A DNA stretch of 64,000 nucleotides from positions 27,366 to 91,365 of the forward strand of contig JAOPTX010000034.1 of assembly GCA_051532055.1 (NCBI GenBank). The letters are read 5' to 3'. This document shows positions 19,976 to 29,014 of the stretch, piece after piece. The translations under genes were made by a program, and so were the position numbers. The notes under the pieces were generated by a model. That model was not told where the DNA came from, searched no databases, and was given only the letters and a program-made list of their open reading frames with translations. Each line of letters opens with the position of its first letter. The first letter of the stretch is position 1. This DNA comes from Fibrobacterales bacterium (GTDB taxonomy: Bacteria; Fibrobacterota; Fibrobacteria; Fibrobacterales; JAOPTW01).

Positions 19976-21505
19976 ATGAAGACCTTAATCCTTTTACTCA
20001 TACTGTTTAATAGCCACACACTCTTTGCTATTGTCCCCCTTTTGGAATCTCTGGCATTCCCTAAACAATTGATTCTCCCCCGCTATACTCTATCGTTAGA
20101 TAACCCGCTCTATCATCTCTCTACATTTGATACTCTTCACTATGCATTTAAGTATCATGACGATAACATATTACACACAAACACCAGTCATATCAGCTCA
20201 ACCTCATCGAGTCATACACTCTTTTTAACCATTGGAAAAATCGGTACCATTTATGGAGGTCTCAACTCATATTCATCTCGGTTGAGTTCTAGCACCCCTG
20301 ATGTCGACTCTCTCTCACTTACTCACTACTCACACAAAAAGTACATTGGGCTTTATCTGCAGGGATACACTCCATTTATTACCAAATTTGAGTACCAAAG
20401 CAATGGAACAATTACCGGAGGGCTCGGAATTGCTCAACACCTTCTTATTGAAGGGAGCTATCATTCAGAAATCAAAGAGGACTCTCTACACTTATGGACC
20501 GAAGCCTTTCGAACCAATAGCTATCCTGCGATAGATGGTACTTACAGAGCACACTATAGAAAAGCAACGATTCAAGCACACGGAGCATATCATAGACATT
20601 TCATATCACTCATCTATGGTGAAACTCAATCAACCCCCTCTACAGCAACAATCGATTACAGCGCCCCTACACAGTCTCATTATTGGCTTGCTGACTCATC
20701 TTCAGCCAACCACTATGGAGCTACATATCACTACGCTCCTTTAAACTCCACCCCACACTACCATGCTTCAATTGAAATAAAAACAGGTACCACCACCACC
20801 ATGGGTTTTAGACAAAATACTACTCACTCTTTTGGTATTAATACTAAAAAATATCATAATGCAGATTTTTATCACAACCTCATTGATAGTCGCCTGAGTG
20901 CAACATTTTTTTCCCCAACGGTTATTAACTCATTCTCCATCGGTGGAGAATACCTCTCATACCAAATTTCTACAAGCAATAACAATAGAAATAACCGCCT
21001 CAATGATTTTTTGCGCTACAACACACTCTTTCCCTCGCAGCTCAGTACAATCCTTGTGAGCAGCTACTTTAATCAGAGTGACTTTATTACCAGTTCCCTA
21101 AGAATACAGCGTTTAACACTGCCACTCTCAATTACTCACTTAAATAGATATGGCTCTGTAACTCTAACCAGCCCCTTAGCCTACCATTCTATCAAGACAT
21201 CCCTTATCCATGAGACCTATACCATACCTACATTTTTTCTCAGCGCACCAACACTCAATAGCGCCATGACATATACTGTTACTGGTAAACTCATTTCAAT
21301 ACCATTTCAAGTATCGTATACCTATTCAATGGGCACCATCACCATGTCGATTACCGCAAATCAGATTATTCCTTTATGGAATTCAATAAAAGCCGTAAAC
21401 ACTCAAGAATCATCACCTCCTCAAAGCCTTAAAATAAAAGAAAAAAACTATTCCTTAGCTAAAAACGGCTTTTCAATAGCTTACTCTACAAAAATCTCTT
21501 TTTAA
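19976..21505 (+). CDS. Putative outer-membrane beta-barrel protein, rich in His, Tyr, Ser and Thr
   Basis: 509 aa. It has a signal peptide (LFNSHTLFA), alternating-polarity segments throughout, and a C-terminal Phe (...STKISF). No family was recognised. Confidence 0.5.
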   Translation: MKTLILLLILFNSHTLFAIVPLLESLAFPKQLILPRYTLSLDNPLYHLSTFDTLHYAFKYHDDNILHTNTSHISSTSSSHTLFLTIGKIGTIYGGLNSYSSRLSSSTPDVDSLSLTHYSHKKYIGLYLQGYTPFITKFEYQSNGTITGGLGIAQHLLIEGSYHSEIKEDSLHLWTEAFRTNSYPAIDGTYRAHYRKATIQAHGAYHRHFISLIYGETQSTPSTATIDYSAPTQSHYWLADSSSANHYGATYHYAPLNSTPHYHASIEIKTGTTTTMGFRQNTTHSFGINTKKYHNADFYHNLIDSRLSATFFSPTVINSFSIGGEYLSYQISTSNNNRNNRLNDFLRYNTLFPSQLSTILVSSYFNQSDFITSSLRIQRLTLPLSITHLNRYGSVTLTSPLAYHSIKTSLIHETYTIPTFFLSAPTLNSAMTYTVTGKLISIPFQVSYTYSMGTITMSITANQIIPLWNSIKAVNTQESSPPQSLKIKEKNYSLAKNGFSIAYSTKISF

Positions 21506-21606
21506 ATGAACAATGAGTCATTATATTATTGATCATCTTTAAATTCTATGATATATTTTAATTGACTGACTGGTTAATCAAAAATATTTTTGAAAATGAG
21601 ATGAGA

Positions 21607-22200
21607 ATGGCCCCCCGCACTGAAGATCAAAATGAAGAGATACGACAACACTCACGACGCAAAATTCTTGATGCCGCATTAGAAGTCTTTGCGCAAAAGG
21701 GGTATGTAAATAGTACCATGGCTTCAATCGCAAAACAGGCAGGCGTATCTAAAGGCCTTGCCTACAACTATTTTGAAAATAAAGAAGCCCTTCTTAAAGA
21801 GGTCTTCGAAGAGGGCTTTTCTGCTATTGAAGCAATAATGAATGACTCTATATCCACTGACCCCCTTCAGTCGCTCATAAATGTCATTAATATTTCCTAT
21901 TCCTCATTTAAAGAAAATCTCCCTTTTTGGATCCTCTACTTACAAACAACAATTCAACCTGATTCCCAGGCTATCATTTCGGAAGAAATTCAATCACGTA
22001 TGCACACCGTAATGGGTAGTATTATCCAGCTTTTTACTGCACTTGGTTCACAAGACCCAGAAACAGAAGCTTTCCTCTTTGGAGCTCACTTTGATGGAGT
22101 ACTCTGTGACTATATGATGATGCCTGATGCCTACCCCATTGACAAAGTCCAGAATTTATTCATACAACGATACACCGATCTTTTTAAAGATCGCGCATAA
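21607..22200 (+). CDS. TetR/AcrR-family transcriptional regulator
   Basis: The helix-turn-helix region is RRKILDAALEVFAQKGYVNSTMASIAKQAGVSKGLAYNYFENKEAL. The start is set at ATG 21607 (MAPRTEDQ...). The track ORF starts at TTG 21562, and ATG 21601 is also possible. Confidence 0.8.
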   Translation: MAPRTEDQNEEIRQHSRRKILDAALEVFAQKGYVNSTMASIAKQAGVSKGLAYNYFENKEALLKEVFEEGFSAIEAIMNDSISTDPLQSLINVINISYSSFKENLPFWILYLQTTIQPDSQAIISEEIQSRMHTVMGSIIQLFTALGSQDPETEAFLFGAHFDGVLCDYMMMPDAYPIDKVQNLFIQRYTDLFKDRA

Positions 22201-22211
22201 AAAGGAGCACC

Positions 22212-25115
22212 ATGCGCTACACCATTTATAAAAAGCTATCAGCCCTCATAGCACAGCACCCAGGTAAGATAATTCTGTCAGGAATAGTAATCACAATGAT
22301 AAGTATTGTGTTAATGTCCCAAATTCAGATGAAGACCAATTTTGCAGACATGATGCCCGACAACATTCCGCAGATCAAAGAGTACAAACAACTCATCGAC
22401 AACTACGCTTCTGCATCAACTATTATGATTGCCATTGAGAGCCCCGAAAAAGATGAGACCCTAATGAAGGCAGCTCTCCTCGAAATGGTCGGGAAATGGC
22501 AAACTATTCCATACGTAAGAAGGGATAAAGAACAGGAGCTCACCTTTAAACAAAACTGGGCCCTTGCGTCAGGCGAAACACAGGTTCCTGGTGTAAAATG
22601 GGACACCCTTAATCTTGTCAAACGTATTGACTTTGAAATGGATCATGAGTTCATTGAAGAACACGCCTTCATGTCCATGAAGAAAAAGGATTTGAAAACC
22701 GTTCTTAAAATGTACACAGACCTCTCAATTCCAGGCATGCTCACCAGTATCAATGATAATTTCGAAACAGAATATATCGATGACCAAGACAACATGGCCT
22801 CTCTTGACGGTGAAAACCAAGCAGTAAATGGCATTGATGGTGTGTTTGAATTTACGAAAAGCATCTCTACATGGATGCAAGAAGAAAACAGTAAGAAACT
22901 CGCCAATGCTGTTGATCGCATGATTATGGGTCCTCGGTATTTCTTTTCATCTGATAAAAAATTTCTCATGCTCATGATTCAACCCACCGTCAGCATGAAT
23001 GAATGGGACGAGCTAATGGCACTGGGTCATGCAGTAGTTGATACTCTTGATACCACTATTAAAAAGAACTATCCGACTCTTACATTTCACCCAGCCGGTC
23101 TTGCTATCATGGCTGAATACGAAATGCAAATGCTCAAAGAGGACTTTGGATGGCCATCACTTGCAGCCCTAGCACTTATTCTCATCATACTCATTGGCTC
23201 TTTTCGCACATGGAAAAACCCATTTTACTCAGTAGTCAGTCTGGTCATAAGTATCATGTGGACTGGTGGTCTTCTCTTTCTTCTCCTCGACAACCTCAAT
23301 CAAATGTCAGCAAGTTTTGGCATTATACTCATTGGACTCGGTATTGATTTTGCCATACATTATATGTCTGGTTTTAAAGATGGAAGGGAGCAAGGCTTCT
23401 CAATTGAAGAGTCATTTTTTTACATGTATAGAAAAGTTGGCTCAGGGGTTGTCACTGGTGGACTCACCACTGCAGTGGTCTTCTTTACCCTTGCCGTCCC
23501 TCAATTTGACGCCCTAACCGAAATGGGTATCGCTGTCGGCTCTGGTATTATAGTCTGTCTCTTTGGCATTATGATACTCCTCCCCGCGATGATTGCCTGG
23601 GACCAAAAAGGATATTCACTCATTGGAAACACCTTAAGAAAAATGTCCCTCGCCGCTCTACCCAATACATGGAACAGTAGTATTGCATCACTGAAAAATG
23701 CCCAATTGACTCGCCCCTTAAGACCCATTGGAAACTTCATGCAATTTTCTTGGATTGAAAGCCTCGGCACTGCGGTGCAAAAACCAGTAGTAACCGCTTC
23801 ACTCCTTATCCTCACTGTAGTCACCCTCTACTTTTCTTATCTTGGGTTTTATTCAATTGAATTTGAATATGACATGACAAAACAGTACCCCGATGACACC
23901 CCATCGGTTGTCGCACAAAATAAAATTATTGACGCATATGAGCTCTCACCCGATTACGCAATGTTTGCCTCTAATGACCTTGAAGAGGTACGCACTAAAA
24001 CTGAAAAACTGAAAAAAATGGGAGAGCGAACCGGACTTATTGGCCGCGTAGATGCGATCACCGAATTTATCCCCCCAATGAAAGAGCAACTCAATTATAA
24101 CCGACCAAAAATTGAAGCATTCTCTAAAAAAATTAATAGTATGAATGCAGAACCTCTTACCAAAGAAGACCTGGAAACAGTCTATACAGAGCTCAAGCGA
24201 CTCCACCAAAACATTGTAGAGATGGGCGTTCTCTCGGTAATGGGTTCAGGAGAAAATAATAAAATCAAGCGTAAGGCCGATCAAATAGTGGGCAATGCTG
24301 ATTCACTCAGTCTTATTCTTGGATACATTGAAGAGCTTAAACAAGAGCCTGCTGCTCTTAAGAAGCTCAATCACTATAATACGCTTCTGCATACACAGCT
24401 TAAAAATCGACTCGTAAAAATGTCAAACAGTGACAGTATTACGATTGAGACCCTACCCGAAAGCGTCTCTAAACGGTATCACCATAAAGAGAGCGGCGGA
24501 AATCTAATTACTGTTTATCCAAAAGACAATGTATGGGATGGTATTAAAATTCGTAATTTTTCTGAAAAAACTGCAAGTATCGATTCATCCATTACGGGCA
24601 CCCCCATTATTAACCTCCTCTTTATCGACCTTATCTCTAAGTATGGGTCTCAAGCGCTATTGTATGGGTTTATTGCAATTATCATTTTCTTACTCATCGA
24701 CTTTAAATCCATTAAATATACAATCATGGCTATCCTTCCACTTCTAGTTGGGTTCGCATGGATGGTGGGTATCATGGCACTCCTTGGAATGAAGTTTGAT
24801 TATTCAAGTGTTATGGCACTCCCCCTCATTATCGGCATTGGCATTGATGACGGTGTCCACATTTTACATCGCTATAAAATAGAAGGGCGTGGAAACATTA
24901 AAACAGTGCTCCACTATACCGGTCGTGCAATTTTACTCACCTCATTTACTACTTCAATTGGCTTTGGCTCCATGGGCCTTGCACAGCACCAAGGCATTGC
25001 CGCCATGGGTCAGACACTGTTTATTGGAGTTTGGACCTGCTTCGTAAGCTCTGTTATTATCATGCCTGCACTCATCGCACTCGTTGAAAGGTTAACCCAA
25101 AAGAAAGGAGCATAA
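22212..25115 (+). CDS. MMPL/RND-superfamily exporter
   Basis: 967 aa with a GGAG RBS. The architecture is two 6-TM bundles, each preceded by a large periplasmic loop. MMPL-type helices are GLGIDFAIHYMSGFKD and GIGIDDGVHILHRYK. Confidence 0.8.
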   Translation: MRYTIYKKLSALIAQHPGKIILSGIVITMISIVLMSQIQMKTNFADMMPDNIPQIKEYKQLIDNYASASTIMIAIESPEKDETLMKAALLEMVGKWQTIPYVRRDKEQELTFKQNWALASGETQVPGVKWDTLNLVKRIDFEMDHEFIEEHAFMSMKKKDLKTVLKMYTDLSIPGMLTSINDNFETEYIDDQDNMASLDGENQAVNGIDGVFEFTKSISTWMQEENSKKLANAVDRMIMGPRYFFSSDKKFLMLMIQPTVSMNEWDELMALGHAVVDTLDTTIKKNYPTLTFHPAGLAIMAEYEMQMLKEDFGWPSLAALALILIILIGSFRTWKNPFYSVVSLVISIMWTGGLLFLLLDNLNQMSASFGIILIGLGIDFAIHYMSGFKDGREQGFSIEESFFYMYRKVGSGVVTGGLTTAVVFFTLAVPQFDALTEMGIAVGSGIIVCLFGIMILLPAMIAWDQKGYSLIGNTLRKMSLAALPNTWNSSIASLKNAQLTRPLRPIGNFMQFSWIESLGTAVQKPVVTASLLILTVVTLYFSYLGFYSIEFEYDMTKQYPDDTPSVVAQNKIIDAYELSPDYAMFASNDLEEVRTKTEKLKKMGERTGLIGRVDAITEFIPPMKEQLNYNRPKIEAFSKKINSMNAEPLTKEDLETVYTELKRLHQNIVEMGVLSVMGSGENNKIKRKADQIVGNADSLSLILGYIEELKQEPAALKKLNHYNTLLHTQLKNRLVKMSNSDSITIETLPESVSKRYHHKESGGNLITVYPKDNVWDGIKIRNFSEKTASIDSSITGTPIINLLFIDLISKYGSQALLYGFIAIIIFLLIDFKSIKYTIMAILPLLVGFAWMVGIMALLGMKFDYSSVMALPLIIGIGIDDGVHILHRYKIEGRGNIKTVLHYTGRAILLTSFTTSIGFGSMGLAQHQGIAAMGQTLFIGVWTCFVSSVIIMPALIALVERLTQKKGA

Positions 25116-25116
25116 T

Positions 25117-25854
25117 ATGCGCATTCTCTTTATTCTACTAATACTCGCTATCCTCCCCAGTTTTGCTCTCACTGTTGATCAGATTCTTGACAAGGTTGAG
25201 GCAAATGAAGAACCACAAAGTGCCAAAAGTGATATGATACAAATCTCCTATCCATCAAGTGGAACTTCACGGGAATCAAAACTGATAAGTTATAGTGCAG
25301 ACAAAGGCGATAAAGGTTTTATGGAATATACGAGTCCAAAATCAGTCAAAGGAATGAAAATGCTTTCTTTGAATGATGGTGATGAAATTTGGGTATACTT
25401 TCCACGCACAAACCGCAAACGGAAAATTGCTGGCTCTAGTCGTAAAGGCTCGATGAATGGATCTGATTTCTCCTATGAAGACATGAGTCAGTCTGATAAG
25501 AGAAAGGATTATACCTATAAGATTATTGGAGAAGAGAATAAGCTCAATCGAGAGTGCTGGAAAATTGAGGCCATTGCAAAAGATGCAGATGACGAGACAT
25601 ACAGTAAGCTAGTACAATGGGTTGATAAAGAACGATTTATTGGACTCGTTGTCGAATTCTACGATGAAGATGGCGAGCTTTGGAAAGAGCTCACTATGAA
25701 AGGAGTGGCCAAACTTGGCAATTACTGGACTGCCTCCACCATAGAGATGAAAAATATTCAAAAAGGTTCTCGTACTGTGATAAAGACAAGTAAACAAGAA
25801 TTTGATATTTCAATTCCAAAATCAATATTCACACAACGTAATTTAGGTAAATAA
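25117..25854 (+). CDS. Outer-membrane lipoprotein-sorting (LolA-like) periplasmic protein
   Basis: 245 aa with a signal peptide. Family pattern SPKSVKGMKMLSL..DEIWVYFPRTNRKRKIAGSS...MNGSDFSYEDM is present. The start is 1 nt after the MMPL stop. Confidence 0.7.
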   Translation: MRILFILLILAILPSFALTVDQILDKVEANEEPQSAKSDMIQISYPSSGTSRESKLISYSADKGDKGFMEYTSPKSVKGMKMLSLNDGDEIWVYFPRTNRKRKIAGSSRKGSMNGSDFSYEDMSQSDKRKDYTYKIIGEENKLNRECWKIEAIAKDADDETYSKLVQWVDKERFIGLVVEFYDEDGELWKELTMKGVAKLGNYWTASTIEMKNIQKGSRTVIKTSKQEFDISIPKSIFTQRNLGK

Positions 25855-27110
25855 TGAGACCATTACTCCTCTTCACTTCTGTTGTGCTCTCTACATCAAT
25901 AAGCTTTGCACAAAACATCGAGTTTGGTGGATACCTCAATGCAAAAATGCAGGTAATCGATTTTGTCGATACTGCATTTGTTGGGCATACTGAAACTTTT
26001 AGACTCGAAGCCAAACGTGAAATTGAATCGACCGCATCGATCGAAGCACATCTTCTTTTTAGTAGTGCCTTTGAGGCAATCAACCCTTCTGCAAGCTTTA
26101 AAGAGGGTAGTTTTATGGCGAAGGCAAATAACGACCTCATGGCACCTCTTCTTGGAGGTATTGCCCTCCCCTTTGATACCGCTGGAGGAGCCCTTCTCAC
26201 CGATGACCCTCGCATAACCAACCTCTATTATAGTAGTTTACTCCCTAAGGATGCCGTTACCCTTGATAGAGCTGTACTCAAACTCTACTTTACACATGCC
26301 GACTTCTCTATCGGTAAACAAGTAATCTCATGGGGGACAGGCTACGCTTGGAACCCGACTGATTTTTGGAACATGAAAAGCCCTACAGACCCCGAAGCTG
26401 CCAAATTTGGCGTCACCGCACTCCGTACGGAAATCCCTATTGGTGATCTCAGCTCTATAGATCTCGTTGTAGCTCCCGGCCTGGGCTTTGATGAGGGTTC
26501 CGCAGGGGTACGTGTAAAATCAAATATTGCAGGCTTTGACTATTCACTCATGACGGCACGCCAAATGACCCCGGACAGAACCGTTTACGGGCTTCCAGCC
26601 AAATGGATCACAGGATTTGATCTTGCAGGTGATATTTTCAATGGAATCGGTATATGGATAGAAGGCGCCTATAAGAACCGAATATTTAGTGGGCAGAGCA
26701 TGTTTACTACTGACTCTGCATATGTCGATCTTGATGCAGGCTTCAACTACACCTTTGATAATGGTATAATGGCAATGGTTGAATACTATTACAATGGACT
26801 TGGAAAGGAGAGCGCTTCAGAGTATAGCTCTGGTGATTTCATGAATATGTTTAGTGGCGAGATGACAGGCCTTGGGCAATCATATACCCTTACATCATTC
26901 AGTTATGACTTTCTCGATTTTTACAAAGGGAGTATCAATAGTATAATGAACATAAATGATCAATCATTCACCCTACTCCCCATGCTTAGTTACTCATGGA
27001 ATAGTGATGTCACTTTATCTCTTGGAGCGAATATTTTTATTGGTGATCTTGATAGCGAATTTGGTTCATTAAAACCAACGCTCTATGGTGAAGCAAAAGG
27101 TTATTTTTAA
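25854..27110 (+). CDS. Putative outer-membrane beta-barrel, DUF1302-like
   Basis: 418 aa with a TAATG overlap with the LolA-like gene. It has a signal peptide (SISFA-QN), the motif DFSIGKQVISWGTGYAWNPTDFWN and a C-terminal aromatic residue (KGYF). Confidence 0.5.
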   Translation: MRPLLLFTSVVLSTSISFAQNIEFGGYLNAKMQVIDFVDTAFVGHTETFRLEAKREIESTASIEAHLLFSSAFEAINPSASFKEGSFMAKANNDLMAPLLGGIALPFDTAGGALLTDDPRITNLYYSSLLPKDAVTLDRAVLKLYFTHADFSIGKQVISWGTGYAWNPTDFWNMKSPTDPEAAKFGVTALRTEIPIGDLSSIDLVVAPGLGFDEGSAGVRVKSNIAGFDYSLMTARQMTPDRTVYGLPAKWITGFDLAGDIFNGIGIWIEGAYKNRIFSGQSMFTTDSAYVDLDAGFNYTFDNGIMAMVEYYYNGLGKESASEYSSGDFMNMFSGEMTGLGQSYTLTSFSYDFLDFYKGSINSIMNINDQSFTLLPMLSYSWNSDVTLSLGANIFIGDLDSEFGSLKPTLYGEAKGYF

Positions 27111-27132
27111 AACCAACTTTTTTAAATTTTAC

Positions 27133-27169
27133 ATAACAACGGTCCACTCATTGAACGGGCCGTTGTTAT
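27133..27169. terminator. Hairpin between convergent genes
   Basis: ATAACAACGG(T)CC ... GGCCGTTGTTAT forms a stem of about 12 bp with one bulge. The flanking U-runs are weak. Confidence 0.5.
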
Positions 27170-27188
27170 TGAATTAAAATTTTAAAAC

Positions 27189-28706
27189 TTAATCTTCAGC
27201 CTCTTCACAGAAGAGCTTCCCTTCTGCATCAGTAAGACACAGCTTAGTTCTTTTCTGTGCATACCGCACATTATCAATATAGAAAACTGGAGTGACTGGA
27301 GGTGTCCACGATTCAGAGCGATTTTTACCTTCGTCAATATACTCTCCATCAGCTATTTTTACGAAATTCACTACAATCCTCATCTCTTCAATTGATTTCT
27401 TTGTCATTAAATCACCGAAAGGAATTTCAATAGAATACCATTTATCATCTGGCTTCATACCATAATCATTGAGCCACATTACCGCCGCCCCTGTTCCTGA
27501 AGCATTTGGCATTCCCCATTCCATTTTGAGTTGTACATTAAAATTAGATTTAATATCGAACATTAATTTTGCATCATGCCAGTAACTCATGTCTACTAAA
27601 TCGGGCAGAGTAACTTCTTCTCCAAATTGATAGAATAACCCGCCCCAACTTGGTGTAGCTGTAATTTTAAATGCCTCATTTCCTTCTGAAGCTTCCGAAC
27701 CAGTAACTGTTTCAAGTTCTACTTTCATCGGGTGCTTATCATCACTAAATACCCCCCAATCTCCTTCATACCCTGGTGACCCCGCAAACTGAGCAGAGTC
27801 AAGAGGAATACCCTCTTCTTTATATACTACAAACATAGAATCACTAATTATCGTATCAGCCTTATTATAATCATCAGAAAGTAATACAAACTCAATAACA
27901 TCCATATCCGAATCAACTTTTAGTTCACCCACATAATTTTTGTACCCCTTTGCACGAAGCTCAATTTGACGAGTACCTCGTTGAATATTTCTGAGATTGA
28001 GTAACCCCTCATCTGTGGTTTCAATCTTTTGACCTGAGATATCACTTGCATCAGTAAGGTCATAAAATGAGACATCTTCTTCACTGAGTGGCAACGCATT
28101 AGCCCCCAATGTTTTACCAAGAATTTTAAGGGTTATATCTCTCGTAGTAATTTCTGGTGGTTCAGGTGGATCAATACAAATACTGAAACCATCACAATCA
28201 CTATCTTCACAGTCAATATCGCCATCAGCATCATTATCGTTGTCATCATCACACTGACCTTCTGGAAGGCACACTGCAACACTTTCGCAACTTGGGTCTT
28301 CACAGTCTACTTTACCATCTTCATCATTATCTTTATTATCAGCACAGGCTGCATTATTATCTTCTCTGTCAGTAACACATGGAAGAAAGTCACTACATGC
28401 AGAGTCATCACAATCTATGGCACCATCATTATTATTATCAAGTCCATCATCACATATAGACTCTGGCATACAAACAGCAACAACACTACAATTTGGATCA
28501 TCACAATCTGAAACGCCATTATTATCATTATCTCTTCCATCGGAGCAACGGAGGTTAGTATTTTCTCCATCAGGGTCTTCACGTTTTACTAAGGTATGAT
28601 CTGAAGCCATCTCCATATTGAGATAATCGCTATTTTCAGAAATACACCCCTGAATAAAGAACACCATTATGATCGCAACGATTGCGCGAGTGATTTGAAT
28701 AGCCAT
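27189..28706 (-). CDS. Lipoprotein with four Cys-framed DxDxDG (MopE-like, Ca/metal-binding) repeats and a C-terminal CBM-like beta-sandwich region
   Basis: The start is at ATG 28706, which has a GGGGGGA RBS. The lipobox is FFIQGC. Repeats run CSDGRDNDNNGVSDCDDPNC and onward. The C-terminal segment resembles the 57023..57670 lipoprotein. Confidence 0.65.
   Translation of the reverse strand: MAIQITRAIVAIIMVFFIQGCISENSDYLNMEMASDHTLVKREDPDGENTNLRCSDGRDNDNNGVSDCDDPNCSVVAVCMPESICDDGLDNNNDGAIDCDDSACSDFLPCVTDREDNNAACADNKDNDEDGKVDCEDPSCESVAVCLPEGQCDDDNDNDADGDIDCEDSDCDGFSICIDPPEPPEITTRDITLKILGKTLGANALPLSEEDVSFYDLTDASDISGQKIETTDEGLLNLRNIQRGTRQIELRAKGYKNYVGELKVDSDMDVIEFVLLSDDYNKADTIISDSMFVVYKEEGIPLDSAQFAGSPGYEGDWGVFSDDKHPMKVELETVTGSEASEGNEAFKITATPSWGGLFYQFGEEVTLPDLVDMSYWHDAKLMFDIKSNFNVQLKMEWGMPNASGTGAAVMWLNDYGMKPDDKWYSIEIPFGDLMTKKSIEEMRIVVNFVKIADGEYIDEGKNRSESWTPPVTPVFYIDNVRYAQKRTKLCLTDAEGKLFCEEAED
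28176..28547 (-). repeat. Four tandem coding repeats of 31-36 aa, each C-x13-C-x4-C-x5-C with an embedded DxDxDG loop
   Basis: Residues 63-186 of the track ORF. The loops read DNDNNG, DNNNDG, DNDEDG and DNDADG. There are 16 Cys in four identical spacings. Confidence 0.85.
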
Positions 28707-29014
28707 ACTATCCCCCCCAGGATAAAAAATCATTATTGCCTTATCATATGTATCGAATACACTTTAGGCTGCCCGTATAAAATAGCTTTAAAGTAGGGGG
28801 TATGCAAAGTTAATTAGGAATTTACAGTTTACAAACTGTTCACAAAAAAGGCCCCTACTGCAGTTTAAACGGCATATTTTATGGTTTCAGCAACAAAAAG
28901 CATCTATAATTCATTCGCAAAAAACCAAAAGTCACTCCTCATTTTTCCAGAATGTATCCCATTTAATTATCTACATTTGGTACACTTATACAACTAATAA
29001 CACTGACACTCTTT

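Noticed and set aside
21557-21581. Imperfect inverted repeat TTAATTGAC...GGTTAATCAA upstream of tetR, considered as the operator.
   Set aside because: Only about 4 of 6 positions pair in each arm. It also overlaps alternative start codons, so it is too weak to call without comparative data.
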